Positions 1 to 9,510 of a DNA stretch of 64,000 bases are shown piece after piece. The stretch is taken from contig JAZUKI010000004.1 of assembly GCA_045643205.1 (NCBI GenBank), positions 1-64,000 on the forward strand, written 5' to 3'. The stretch is from Clostridia bacterium (GTDB lineage Bacteria; Bacillota; Clostridia; TANB77; CAG-508). The position numbers and the translations under genes are program-made. A model generated the notes under the pieces. It worked only from the letters and a program-made list of their open reading frames with translations. It ran no database searches and had not been told where the DNA came from. The first letter of the stretch is position 1; every line of letters starts with the position of its first letter.

Positions 1-1
1 A

Positions 2-55
2 GAAATAGCAGAAGTTCTTGAGGATGTAAAAAACAAATTAAATTGTTTAGTCTAA
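2..55 (+). CDS. 3' end of upstream gene (partial), possibly YlxM-family SRP-associated protein
   Basis: Frame reads EIAEVLEDVKNKLNCLV* and ends 28 nt before ffh; identity inferred only from the usual ylxM-ffh synteny. Confidence 0.4.
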   Translation, partial: EIAEVLEDVKNKLNCLV

Positions 56-83
56 GAAAAAGAAGAGAGAGGGGTACGAATAT

Positions 84-1457
84 ATGGCATTTGAAGGTTT
101 ATCTTCAAGATTACAAGAAATTACAAGAAAGTTAAAAGGTAAGGCTAGAATTACTGAAAGCGACTTAAAAGAAGTTTTAAGAGAGGTAAAATTGGCTTTA
201 CTAGAAGCTGATGTTAACTATAAAATTGTTAAAGATTTTATAAAAGTTGTAGAAGAAAAATCTTTAGGTCAAGATGTACTTAAATCTCTTACACCTGGTC
301 AACAGGTTGTAAAAATAGTAAAGGATGAATTAGTAGAATTACTTGGTGGTGAAGAAAGTAAAATAAACTTTACACCAAATCCACCAACAGTAATAATGCT
401 AGTTGGTTTACAAGGTTCTGGTAAAACAACTACAGCAGGTAAGCTTGCCAACTTACTTAGAAAACAAGGAAAGAAACCTTTATTAGTAGCATGTGATGTT
501 TATAGACCAGCAGCTATCAAACAACTTCAAGTTGTAGGTGCACAATTAAACATTCCAGTATATGCAAATGAAGGAGAAAAAGATGTTGTTAAAATTGCTC
601 GTCAAGCAAAAGAAATTGCTATCAGTAAATTAAATGATGTTTTAATTATTGATACTGCAGGTAGACTTCAAATTGATGAAGTTTTAATGACCGAATTAAA
701 GAATATAAAATCAAATGTAAAACCACATGAGATACTATTAGTAGTTGATTCAATGACTGGTCAAGAAGCTGTTAATATAGCTCAAAAATTTAATGAAGAT
801 TTAGGAATTGATGGAGTTGTTTTAACAAAACTTGATGGTGATACTCGTGGTGGTGCAGCAATATCAGTTAAAAAAGTTACAGGAAAACCAATTAAATTTA
901 TAGGTACTGGTGAAAAGCTAAATGAGTTTGAAGATTTTCATCCAGATAGAATGGCATCAAGAATTTTAGGAATGGGAGATGTACTAAGTTTAATTGAACA
1001 AGCAGAAGATCAATTTGATAAAGAAGAAGCAGAAAGACTTCAAAAGAAATTAGCTAAAAACAAAGAATTTGATTTAGATGATTATTTAAGTCAGTTAAGA
1101 CAAATCAAACGTATGGGAAGTTTTTCAGCATTACTAAAAAAATTACCTGGAATGGGAAAATTTGCAGACCAAGTTGATGATAAAGAATTAGTTAGAATTG
1201 AAGCAATTATTTCTTCTATGACAAAAGAAGAAAGACAAAATCCAAAAATATTAAATGCATCAAGACGTCAAAGAATTGCTAGAGGAAGCGGAACAGAAGT
1301 TCAACATATAAATAAATTTATGCAATCATTTGAAATGACTCAAGACATGATGAAGAAAGTACGTGGCGGAAAAATGAATCCTGGCATGAAAAAATTAATG
1401 AAGAACATGAACATGGATGATATATCAGAAGAAGATTTAAAGAAATTTGGAATGTAA
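84..1457 (+). CDS. ffh: signal recognition particle protein Ffh
   Basis: ALLEADV, GLQGSGKTT, DTAGR, TKLDGDTRGG motifs; Met-rich M domain; RBS upstream. Confidence 0.98.
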   Translation: MAFEGLSSRLQEITRKLKGKARITESDLKEVLREVKLALLEADVNYKIVKDFIKVVEEKSLGQDVLKSLTPGQQVVKIVKDELVELLGGEESKINFTPNPPTVIMLVGLQGSGKTTTAGKLANLLRKQGKKPLLVACDVYRPAAIKQLQVVGAQLNIPVYANEGEKDVVKIARQAKEIAISKLNDVLIIDTAGRLQIDEVLMTELKNIKSNVKPHEILLVVDSMTGQEAVNIAQKFNEDLGIDGVVLTKLDGDTRGGAAISVKKVTGKPIKFIGTGEKLNEFEDFHPDRMASRILGMGDVLSLIEQAEDQFDKEEAERLQKKLAKNKEFDLDDYLSQLRQIKRMGSFSALLKKLPGMGKFADQVDDKELVRIEAIISSMTKEERQNPKILNASRRQRIARGSGTEVQHINKFMQSFEMTQDMMKKVRGGKMNPGMKKLMKNMNMDDISEEDLKKFGM

Positions 1458-1622
1458 AAACATTAAATAAATATTAAGTATTAAAATATAAAATTCTTAA
1501 TATGAAATTTAAAAGTTAAAAAATTAAAAGTTAAAATATTAAAAGGCTATTTAAGAATTATAAATTATATTTTTATAATTACTTTATAGATAAATATTAT
1601 TCAGTTTTAGGAGGTGAAACAT

Positions 1623-1859
1623 ATGGTAAAAATAAGATTACAAAGAGTTGGAGGCAAGAAAGCACCTTTCTACCACATTGTTGTTGCAGATTCAAAAAGA
1701 GCTAACAGTGGAAAGATTATTGAAAAGATTGGAACTTTCGATCCAATGGTTAATCCAGAAGCAATTGTTTTAGATATGGATAAAACAAATCAATGGATTA
1801 AGAATGGCGCTCAACCAACAGACACAGTTAAAGCTTTAATTAGCAAAGCATCAAAATAG
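1623..1859 (+). CDS. rpsP: 30S ribosomal protein S16
   Basis: [24 protein letters not shown]...GAQPTDTV; ATG 1623 follows GGAGGTG RBS. Confidence 0.97.
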   Translation: MVKIRLQRVGGKKAPFYHIVVADSKRANSGKIIEKIGTFDPMVNPEAIVLDMDKTNQWIKNGAQPTDTVKALISKASK

Positions 1860-1872
1860 TTAGGAGGAGCAC

Positions 1873-2106
1873 ATGGAAGAAGTTTTAAAAGTTATTATTG
1901 AAAACCTAGTTGAAAATAAGGAAGCCATTAAAATTGTTAGAGAAGAAAAGGATGATGGATTTATAAAATTCAAAGTTACTGTTTCTCAAGATGAAATGGG
2001 AAAAGTTATTGGAAAACAAGGAAAAGTTGCACAATCAATAAAATCTCTTATGAGAGCTGTTGGTGGCAAAGAGCAAAAGAAAGTTGAAGTAGAATTTGTA
2101 GACTAA
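1873..2106 (+). CDS. khpA: KH-domain RNA-binding protein KhpA (YlqC)
   Basis: MGKVIGKQG GxxG loop, 77 aa, conserved position between rpsP and rimM. Confidence 0.9.
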   Translation: MEEVLKVIIENLVENKEAIKIVREEKDDGFIKFKVTVSQDEMGKVIGKQGKVAQSIKSLMRAVGGKEQKKVEVEFVD

Positions 2107-2124
2107 TTTTGTTAGGAGTAAAAA

Positions 2125-2604
2125 TTGGAAGACTTAATAAGAGTTGGAGTAATTGTAAATACCTTTGGAGTTAAAGGTGAAGCTAAAATATATCCTGATA
2201 TTGATTATTTTGATAAACTTGAAAGAGTTTTCATTAATGAAACAGAATATAGAATAGAAAAAGTTAGAGAACAAAAAGGAATTATCATAGCAAAGTTTGA
2301 GGGAATCGATGATATTAATCAAGTAGAGGAACTTAAAAATGTTGATGTTATGATAAAACTTGAAGACAGACCTGAATTACCAGAAGGAAAACATTATGTT
2401 GGTGATTTACTAGGACTTGAAGTTATCACAGAAGATGGCAAAGTTTTAGGAAAACTCGATGGTATATATAATACAGGGGCTAACGACATATACGAAGTTG
2501 GAGAAATTTTATTACCTGCAACAGATGAAGTTATTAAACAAATTGATATGGAAAACAAAAAAATTATTGTTCACTTATTGAAAGGTTTAATTGATGAAGT
2601 TTGA
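2125..2604 (+). CDS. rimM: 16S rRNA processing protein RimM
   Basis: VGVIVNTFGVKGE, DLLGLEV, TGANDIY motifs; synteny; TTG start after GGAG. Confidence 0.95.
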   Translation: MEDLIRVGVIVNTFGVKGEAKIYPDIDYFDKLERVFINETEYRIEKVREQKGIIIAKFEGIDDINQVEELKNVDVMIKLEDRPELPEGKHYVGDLLGLEVITEDGKVLGKLDGIYNTGANDIYEVGEILLPATDEVIKQIDMENKKIIVHLLKGLIDEV

Positions 2605-3307
2605 TGTACTAACTCTATTTCCAGAAATGTTTGAACCAATCAAACATAGTATAATAAATAGAGCAGTTGAGAAAAATGTTATTGATATTAATTTAATAAA
2701 TATTAGAAATTTTTCTAAGGAAAAGCATAATCATGTTGATGATACTCCATATGGTGGAGGGGCAGGAATGGTTATGCAAGCTAATGTAGTTTATGATGCT
2801 TACAATTCAATTGAAGGCAAAGAAAATGCAAAGGTAATTTATCTTACACCAAAAGGCAAAACATTAAATCAAGATAAAGTTAGAGAACTTTCAAAAGAAG
2901 ATCATTTAATTTTATTATGTGGACATTATGAAGGAATTGACCAAAGAGTATTAGACGAAATTGTGGATGAAGAAATTTCTGTTGGTGATTATGTGCTAAC
3001 AGGAGGAGAACTTCCAGCAATGGTAGTTGTAGATAGTGTTAGCAGATATGTCAACGGAGTTTTATCAGATGGCTCAACTAACGAAGAGTCATTTAGCAAT
3101 AACTTGCTAGAGTATCCACAATATACACGTCCAGAAAACTTTAATGGAAGAACAGTTCCAGAAGTTCTTACTTCAGGCAATCATCAAGAGATTGCAAAAT
3201 GGAGATTTGAACAATCATTAATTATAACTTATAAAAAAAGACCTGATTTACTTACAGAAGAACAAAGTAAACAGGCAGAAGAATTATTAAAAAATAGTCA
3301 AAACTAA
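2594..3307 (+). CDS. trmD: tRNA (guanine-37-N1)-methyltransferase
   Basis: LTLFPEMF, VDDTPYGGGAGMV, CGHYEGIDQR, GDYVLTGGE, LEYPQYTRP. Confidence 0.98.
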   Translation: MKFDVLTLFPEMFEPIKHSIINRAVEKNVIDINLINIRNFSKEKHNHVDDTPYGGGAGMVMQANVVYDAYNSIEGKENAKVIYLTPKGKTLNQDKVRELSKEDHLILLCGHYEGIDQRVLDEIVDEEISVGDYVLTGGELPAMVVVDSVSRYVNGVLSDGSTNEESFSNNLLEYPQYTRPENFNGRTVPEVLTSGNHQEIAKWRFEQSLIITYKKRPDLLTEEQSKQAEELLKNSQN

Positions 3308-3331
3308 AATTTGACAAGAAAGGAAGAGAAA

Positions 3332-3823
3332 ATGGATATTATTAATTCAATCGAACATGAACAATTAAAAGCATCTATTCCTGATATTAAAGTTGGTGAT
3401 ACAGTTAGAGTTCATCAAAGAATTAAAGAAGGAAATAGACAAAGAATCCAAGTTTTTGAAGGTGTTGTAATCAAAAAACAAAACGGTGGATTAAATGAAA
3501 CATTTACAGTTAGAAGAATTTCATATGGTGTTGGTGTTGAAAAAACATTCTTAATGCATTCACCATTAGTAGAAAAAGTAGAGGTTATTAGAGTAGGAGA
3601 CGTTAATAGAGCTAAGCTTTATTACCTAAGAGACAGAGTTGGAAAAGCAGCTAAGACTAAGGAATTAGTTGGAGCAAATCTTAAGAGAGATGCTATTGTT
3701 ATTAAGGAAGAAGTTCCTGGAGAAGCAGAAGTTGCTGAAACAGCTGAAACAGCAGAAGTTGCTGAAGCTCCTGCAGAAGCACCAGCTGAAGAAGCTGCTG
3801 CAGATGCACCAAAAGCTGAATAA
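3332..3823 (+). CDS. rplS: 50S ribosomal protein L19 with acidic Ala/Glu C-terminal extension
   Basis: [30 protein letters not shown]; ATG 3332 after AAGGAAG. Confidence 0.97.
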   Translation: MDIINSIEHEQLKASIPDIKVGDTVRVHQRIKEGNRQRIQVFEGVVIKKQNGGLNETFTVRRISYGVGVEKTFLMHSPLVEKVEVIRVGDVNRAKLYYLRDRVGKAAKTKELVGANLKRDAIVIKEEVPGEAEVAETAETAEVAEAPAEAPAEEAAADAPKAE

Positions 3824-3835
3824 TATTTAAAAAGT

Positions 3836-3880
3836 AAAATAAGAGTTTTAAATTGAAAAATTTAAACTCTTATTTTTTAT
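3836..3880 (+). terminator. intrinsic terminator after rplS
   Basis: aaaataagagttttaaatt / aatttaaactcttatttt near-perfect hairpin followed by a T run. Confidence 0.75.
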
Positions 3881-3925
3881 TGTTTATAAACTTCCAGCTA
3901 AGCGGGGATATTTATTACTAAAAAT

Positions 3926-3949
3926 AATACAAAACTTTTGTTTTGTATT
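3926..3949. promoter_or_regulatory. palindromic operator-like site upstream of ruvA-rarA
   Basis: aatacaaaac-tttt-gttttgtatt has perfect 10-bp arms and overlaps a TTGAAA -35-like hexamer at 3948. Confidence 0.5.
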
Positions 3950-4006
3950 GAAAAAACTATTAAATAATGATAATGTAGGGAAGAATAATATACTTAGGAG
4001 AAAGAT

Positions 4007-4600
4007 ATGTTAGCATTTTTAAAAGGAAAAGTAGAATATAAATCAAATAATTTCGTTGCAATTAATGTAAATGACGTCGGGTATAAAGTTTATATGCCAA
4101 TAAATGAAATTGAAGAAATTAATGTAAAAGATGATATTAAAGTATATACCTACTTGAGAATGACAGAACAAGATATTTCACTTTATGGTTTTCTTGCAAA
4201 CGAAGAATTAAATATGTTTGAACTTTTAATAAGTGTTGGTGGCATTGGTGCAAAATCAGCAATAAGTATTTTATCTAACATTGAGCCATCTGCTTTCGCA
4301 TTGGCAGTTATTACAGATGATATTAATACTTTAAAGAAACTTCCTGGAATTGGACCAAAAACAGCACAAAGAATTGTATTAGAACTTAGAGATAAAATAA
4401 AAACTGAACAAGCAGAAGAGAAACAAGCTGAAATTAAGGAAAAAATCAAGATTAGCCAAAATGCACAAGATGCTATCGATGCATTATTAGTACTAGGATA
4501 CAACAGAAAAGATATTGAAGATACAATTGCAAAAATTAATACTATCGACATGTCAGTTGAAGAAATTATTAAAGAAGGATTAAAACAGTTAGGTAGGTAA
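4007..4600 (+). CDS. ruvA: Holliday junction branch migration protein RuvA
   Basis: LKGKV..VGYKV, LYGF, SVGGIGAKSA, LPGIGPKTAQRIVLEL, ALLVLGY. Confidence 0.97.
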   Translation: MLAFLKGKVEYKSNNFVAINVNDVGYKVYMPINEIEEINVKDDIKVYTYLRMTEQDISLYGFLANEELNMFELLISVGGIGAKSAISILSNIEPSAFALAVITDDINTLKKLPGIGPKTAQRIVLELRDKIKTEQAEEKQAEIKEKIKISQNAQDAIDALLVLGYNRKDIEDTIAKINTIDMSVEEIIKEGLKQLGR

Positions 4601-4604
4601 CTTT

Positions 4605-5915
4605 ATGATTGATATGAATCAACCTTTAGCTTATCGAATGATGCCAAAAACACTTGATGATTATGTTGGACAAGAAGATATTCTTGGAAAAGATAAAATT
4701 CTTTATCGTACAATTAAGGCAGATAGATTATCAAGTATTATTCTTTGGGGACCTCCAGGTTGTGGCAAAACATCATTAGCTAAGGTAATTAGTAATACAA
4801 CTAAATATAAGTTTATAAAACTTAATGCAGTCACAGCTGGTGTTGCAGATATAAAAAATGCAGTTGCTGAAGCTGAAAATTTATTAATGAATCCATCAGG
4901 AAAATGTATTTTATTTATTGATGAAATTCATAGATTTAACAAACTTCAACAAGATGCTTTACTTCCTTATGTAGAAAAAGGAACAGTTATTTTAATTGGA
5001 GCAACAACAGAAAATCCATATTTTGAAGTTAATAAAGCTTTAATTAGTAGAAGTATGGTTTTTATGCTTCATCAATTAACTGCTGATGATATAGCTAATA
5101 TTTTAAAGAAAGCATTAACATCGGAAGAAGGATTAGGAAGTTTTGACATCAAAATAGAGGATAGCACTATTAAGAAATTAGCTGATAGTGCAAATGGAGA
5201 TGTTAGAACAGCGCTTAATAGCTTAGAAGTTGCAGCTTTAACAACTAATATGAGTGAAGATGGTTTTATACATATAACAGATGAAGTTGCTAAAGAATGT
5301 GTAAGAACAAGAAAAGCAGTGTTTGATAAAAGTGGAGATTCTCATTATGATAATATCAGTGCTTTTATCAAATCAATGAGAGGTTCTGATCCAGATGCTA
5401 CAGTTTTTTATCTTGCTAGAGCTTTAAATGCAGGAGAAGATCCTGTGTTTATGGCAAGAAGAATTTGTATACTTGCAGCAGAAGATGTAGGTCTTGCAAA
5501 TCCACAAGCATTAGTTGTAGCTAATTCAGCAATGCAAGCGGTTCATATGATTGGTATGCCTGAAGCTAGAATAATATTGGCTGAGGCTGCAGTCTACTGT
5601 GCTTTGTCAAAAAAATCGAATGCATCATATTTAGCAATAGATGCTGCAATAGAAGATAATAAAACAAAGGATACAGGAACTATTCCGATGCATATTAGAA
5701 ATGCACCAGCTGAGGGAATGGCAGAACAAGGATATCATGTTGGTTATAAATATCCACATGATTTTCCAAAACATTGGGTAGAACAACAATACTTACCAGA
5801 TGAAATGTTAGGAACAAAATATTTTATCCCAGATGAAAATATTGATTTAACTAATACTCAAGAAAAAGAGGAAAAGAAAATAACAGAAAAGAAAACAACG
5901 AAAAAGAAAAAGTAA
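4605..5915 (+). CDS. rarA: replication-associated recombination protein A (RarA/MgsA AAA+ ATPase)
   Basis: PLAYRM.P, WGPPGCGKT, FIDEIHRFNK.QQDALLP, GATTENPYF, HYD.ISAFIKSMRGSDPDA, YKYPHD. Confidence 0.96.
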   Translation: MIDMNQPLAYRMMPKTLDDYVGQEDILGKDKILYRTIKADRLSSIILWGPPGCGKTSLAKVISNTTKYKFIKLNAVTAGVADIKNAVAEAENLLMNPSGKCILFIDEIHRFNKLQQDALLPYVEKGTVILIGATTENPYFEVNKALISRSMVFMLHQLTADDIANILKKALTSEEGLGSFDIKIEDSTIKKLADSANGDVRTALNSLEVAALTTNMSEDGFIHITDEVAKECVRTRKAVFDKSGDSHYDNISAFIKSMRGSDPDATVFYLARALNAGEDPVFMARRICILAAEDVGLANPQALVVANSAMQAVHMIGMPEARIILAEAAVYCALSKKSNASYLAIDAAIEDNKTKDTGTIPMHIRNAPAEGMAEQGYHVGYKYPHDFPKHWVEQQYLPDEMLGTKYFIPDENIDLTNTQEKEEKKITEKKTTKKKK

Positions 5916-5971
5916 AACCAATAATGTAAAAGCTAAAAATGAAAATAAAAAGTTAAAAACAAATAAGAATA

Positions 5972-6010
5972 AAAAAGAAGAAGTAGATGTAAAATCTACT
6001 TCTTTTTATA
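5972..6010. terminator. bidirectional intrinsic terminator between rarA and the convergent SPFH gene
   Basis: aagaagtagat-gtaaa-atctacttctt hairpin flanked by A and T runs. Confidence 0.8.
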
Positions 6011-6093
6011 TTTTATATTTTATTGGTTTTTAATTAGTTATTGTTAATGATTAAAATTAATCATTATTGTTATTAATTTCTTTATCTACTTCA

Positions 6094-7047
6094 TTAATCA
6101 TCATAGTCTGTGTCACTAGATTTACTGGGTGTAGAGTTATCAATTTCATCATCATCTTTGATAACTTCTTTCATAGCACCTAAACTTGCTAAAGATTTAG
6201 TAGCTTCAAATGGGATGAATACTTTGTTTCCTTTACCATCAGCAACTTTACCTAAAGTTTCAAGTGATTTTAATTGTACTAATTTATCACTTGGATGAGC
6301 TTTCATCATAGCACCATAAACTAATTTTACTTCATCAGCTTTAGCTTCAGCAACTCTTCTTATAGCTTCAGCTTCACCAGTTGCTCTTCTGATTTGAGAT
6401 TCTCTATTTGCATCAGCATGTAATATAGCAGCATCTTTTTCACCTTGAGCTTTAAGAACTGCAGCTTGTCTTTCACCTTCTGCTTGAAGGATGGCAGCTC
6501 TTTTATTACGCTCTGCGTTCATTTGTTTCTCCATTGCATCTTGGATGTCAGGTGGTAGAGTAATATCTTGAATTTCAACTCTATCAATTGAACATCCCCA
6601 AGGAGAAGATGCTTCATCTAGAATGCTCTTTAATTTATCATTAAGTGAGTCTCTTGAACTGAATGTTGAATCTAAGTCCATTTTACCAATTAAATCTCTG
6701 ATAGATGTTACTGATAAATATTCAATACCTTTTTTAAGATTTTGAACTTCATATACAGCTTTCTTTGGATCAATGATTTTGTAAAATACAACTGTATTGA
6801 TTGTGATAGTAACGTTATCACGAGTAATAACTTTTTGTGGAGCGATGTCTAAAGTTTGTTGTTTTAATGAAACAACGCTTCTAACATGATCTACAAAAGG
6901 AATAATAATAGTTAATCCAGCGCTAGCAGCTTTGTGAAATTTACCTAAACGCTCAATTAGAAATACTTCTGATTGTCTTACAATCTTGATACTCATTGCT
7001 AAGAATAAGATAGCAATTGCAATAATTATAATTAAAACCCAAGGCAT
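6094..7047 (-). CDS. SPFH/stomatin-family membrane protein (QmcA-like)
   Basis: N-terminal TM, IERLGKF, GL..IIPFVD, VITRDNV, MEKQMNAERNKRA.ILQAEG. Confidence 0.92.
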   Translation of the reverse strand: MPWVLIIIIAIAILFLAMSIKIVRQSEVFLIERLGKFHKAASAGLTIIIPFVDHVRSVVSLKQQTLDIAPQKVITRDNVTITINTVVFYKIIDPKKAVYEVQNLKKGIEYLSVTSIRDLIGKMDLDSTFSSRDSLNDKLKSILDEASSPWGCSIDRVEIQDITLPPDIQDAMEKQMNAERNKRAAILQAEGERQAAVLKAQGEKDAAILHADANRESQIRRATGEAEAIRRVAEAKADEVKLVYGAMMKAHPSDKLVQLKSLETLGKVADGKGNKVFIPFEATKSLASLGAMKEVIKDDDEIDNSTPSKSSDTDYDD

Positions 7048-7138
7048 AATTAAATCCTCCTAAAATATATTAATTCTATAATAAATGGTTATTTTTGTAA
7101 AATGAAATTGTTAAAAATTAACATAAACAACCACTAAT

Positions 7139-7147
7139 ATTATAACA
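7139..7147 (-). promoter_or_regulatory. extended -10 promoter element for the SPFH gene
   Basis: Reverse complement reads TGtTATAAT about 90 nt upstream of the start. Confidence 0.5.
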
Positions 7148-7169
7148 TATTATTCGCTAAAAATAAAGC

Positions 7170-7189
7170 ATATTACAGAAATATTACAG
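7170..7189 (-). promoter_or_regulatory. direct-repeat response-regulator box (WalR/OmpR-like)
   Basis: atattacag twice at 11-bp spacing; minus strand reads TGTAAT-N5-TGTAAT. Confidence 0.5.
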
Positions 7190-7340
7190 TAAAATTAAAA
7201 AAGCGAAATAACCATTAATTTTATTGAGTTTTATACTTATTTAATATAGACTTTAGTAAGAAATATACGTTTTTATTTTTATATATAAAAATGTGTAAAA
7301 AATAGCAAATTTTCATACAAATTTTAGGAGGAAATTATAT

Positions 7341-8669
7341 ATGGCAACATTAAATCCATTAGAACAGAAAGCACGTATTTCTTTTATTAAAGGACTACTT
7401 ATTGCTGGCTTAATTGGCGCAATTGGAGTAGGTATATTAGTTTGGCAATTAACTGAAAGAGATAAAAAGATTAAGACAGAACAAGGAAAGATTACATCAG
7501 GAGTATTAGTTTTAGCTCATGATGTTTCTTCAGGTCAATTATTATCTGAAGAAGATTTCACAACTATTTCTGCTTTAAAGTCAACACTTCCAATTAATTA
7601 CTATTCAAGCACAGTAGATTTAGATTTGGGAAAATTACAAGATAAAAATGGAAATGAAATTAAGAAAGTTTCTAAGATTACTATAACAAGTGATCAAGGT
7701 AAAGAAGAATTTTATTATCCAACAGAAGATATTCCAACAGATAGAATCGCTGGCAATTCTAACATTACTGTTAGTCAAATTGAAACAACTAACGATAATG
7801 AAGGAGCAGGAAAAGAAATTTATGCTATTCACTATAAAGGAAATGTTTTAGCAGAAAATCAAGTAACAGCTGCAATGTTAGATTTGTTCCCTAAGAGAAG
7901 AATTATATGGGATAAGTTAATATTAGGCCAAGATGAATATGGAAATGTTATATATGAAAAAGCAACAGTTGGTGCTGATGGAAAAACAACTAATGAAAAA
8001 GTTGAACTTGATGAAAATGTTTTAGTTCCTAAAATTGATATAAAAGCAAATACAGTTGTTTCAGCAAGTATGTTTACAAAAGCTGAAGAACAAATATCAA
8101 ATGATTTAAGAGAACAAGAATACAATATGATTACATTACCAGTTAATCTAGAAGATAAAGATACAATCGATATCAGATTAAGATTACCTAATGGAGCTGA
8201 TTATATTGTTTTAACAAAGAAAAATGTAACTATTCCTAAGAATGCTGATGGATATATGACAGATACAATTATCTTAAAATGTTCTGAAGCAGAAACAATG
8301 ACAATGAGTGCTGCTATTGTTGATACATATCAAATGTTAGAAGCTGGTGCAAAATTATATGCAGTTAAATACACAGATCCAGGATTACAAGAAACAGCTA
8401 CAGCTACATATTTACCATCTGGTGCTGTAATGCAATTAATTAGTACAAATCCTAATATTGTTCAAGATGCTAAAGTTAAGATTTATCAATACTATATCAA
8501 GAATGCAGATATGTATAGAAACAATGCTAACACAGGAATTCAAGCTGGACTAAATATGGTTGAAGCTGATGAAAGAACTGATGGAATCAGTGCAAATACA
8601 AGACAAGAAATTACTGCTACAAAAGATAATAGAGAAGAATATTTAGAGAATTTATCAGATATGGAATAA
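7341..8669 (+). CDS. SAF-domain, CpaB/RcpC-like pilus assembly protein
   Basis: N-terminal TM; SAF-like VLVLAHDVSSGQLLSEEDF and KIDIKANTVVSASM; RcpC-like LP..L...DTIDIRL...DYIVL; first gene of the cluster containing the CpaF-like ATPase. Confidence 0.7.
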   Translation: MATLNPLEQKARISFIKGLLIAGLIGAIGVGILVWQLTERDKKIKTEQGKITSGVLVLAHDVSSGQLLSEEDFTTISALKSTLPINYYSSTVDLDLGKLQDKNGNEIKKVSKITITSDQGKEEFYYPTEDIPTDRIAGNSNITVSQIETTNDNEGAGKEIYAIHYKGNVLAENQVTAAMLDLFPKRRIIWDKLILGQDEYGNVIYEKATVGADGKTTNEKVELDENVLVPKIDIKANTVVSASMFTKAEEQISNDLREQEYNMITLPVNLEDKDTIDIRLRLPNGADYIVLTKKNVTIPKNADGYMTDTIILKCSEAETMTMSAAIVDTYQMLEAGAKLYAVKYTDPGLQETATATYLPSGAVMQLISTNPNIVQDAKVKIYQYYIKNADMYRNNANTGIQAGLNMVEADERTDGISANTRQEITATKDNREEYLENLSDME

Positions 8670-8745
8670 TTAAAATTTATTTTAAACAAAACAATTAATT
8701 TATTACATAGTAAATTTTAATTAATAGAACGTACAAAAGAAAGGA

Positions 8746-9444
8746 ATGAGGATTTTGGAACAAGTAGGTTTTTTCGGACCAATAGATAAAAAAGATTTAA
8801 TGCTTAATATAGGTAGGATACTAACTGAATTTGGAAAGAAAGTTCTAATAGTTGATGGAACATATTTACAGAGACTAAGATATGTTGTTCCAAAAATCGG
8901 CGGAGGACAATCTGCTACTTATATTAGTGAATATTGCGGAATAGATGTTGCAGTTGGTTTTATGAATGCTCGTGGAATCATGCAATATCTAGGTAGCAAT
9001 GATTTACCATATGATTATATATTTGTAGATACAGATAATATTCAAACCTTTAATTCATATGGTTTGGCGTTTATGAAAAAATTGTTTTTTGTAACGTCAT
9101 ACGATAGATATGAAGTTGGTAAAGCGAAGGAAGTATTTAGTTTCTTTCAACAACCAATAACAATGAAAAGAATCATTATTTCTTCAGATACATCTAAAGA
9201 ACAACAAGAAGCATTAAATAGAGAATATGATGAAATTCCAAATATAAAATTTGAAAATCAAGATATTGTTTTTGCAGATACTAACCAAGATAGAGAATTT
9301 ACATTAGAAAATCAATTAACAAAATCAATATCATATAAACATTATACAACTGGTTATAAAGATGATTTAGAATACTTAACTGCTACTATTGCAGAAGGTA
9401 ATGTAGATCAAACTTTTATAAAAAGAATAATAAGACAATCATAA
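8746..9444 (+). CDS. degenerate ParA/MinD-like (CpaE/TadZ-like) protein
   Basis: VGFFG..DKKD...IGRIL...GKKVLIVD and YDYIFVDT match the MinD strand pattern; Walker A degenerate. Confidence 0.55.
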   Translation: MRILEQVGFFGPIDKKDLMLNIGRILTEFGKKVLIVDGTYLQRLRYVVPKIGGGQSATYISEYCGIDVAVGFMNARGIMQYLGSNDLPYDYIFVDTDNIQTFNSYGLAFMKKLFFVTSYDRYEVGKAKEVFSFFQQPITMKRIIISSDTSKEQQEALNREYDEIPNIKFENQDIVFADTNQDREFTLENQLTKSISYKHYTTGYKDDLEYLTATIAEGNVDQTFIKRIIRQS

Positions 9445-9510
9445 AGCTAAAGAAAATAGCATAAAAAACAGAGGAAGATAATATAGAAAACAAAAGAGAA
9501 AGGAAAGAGT

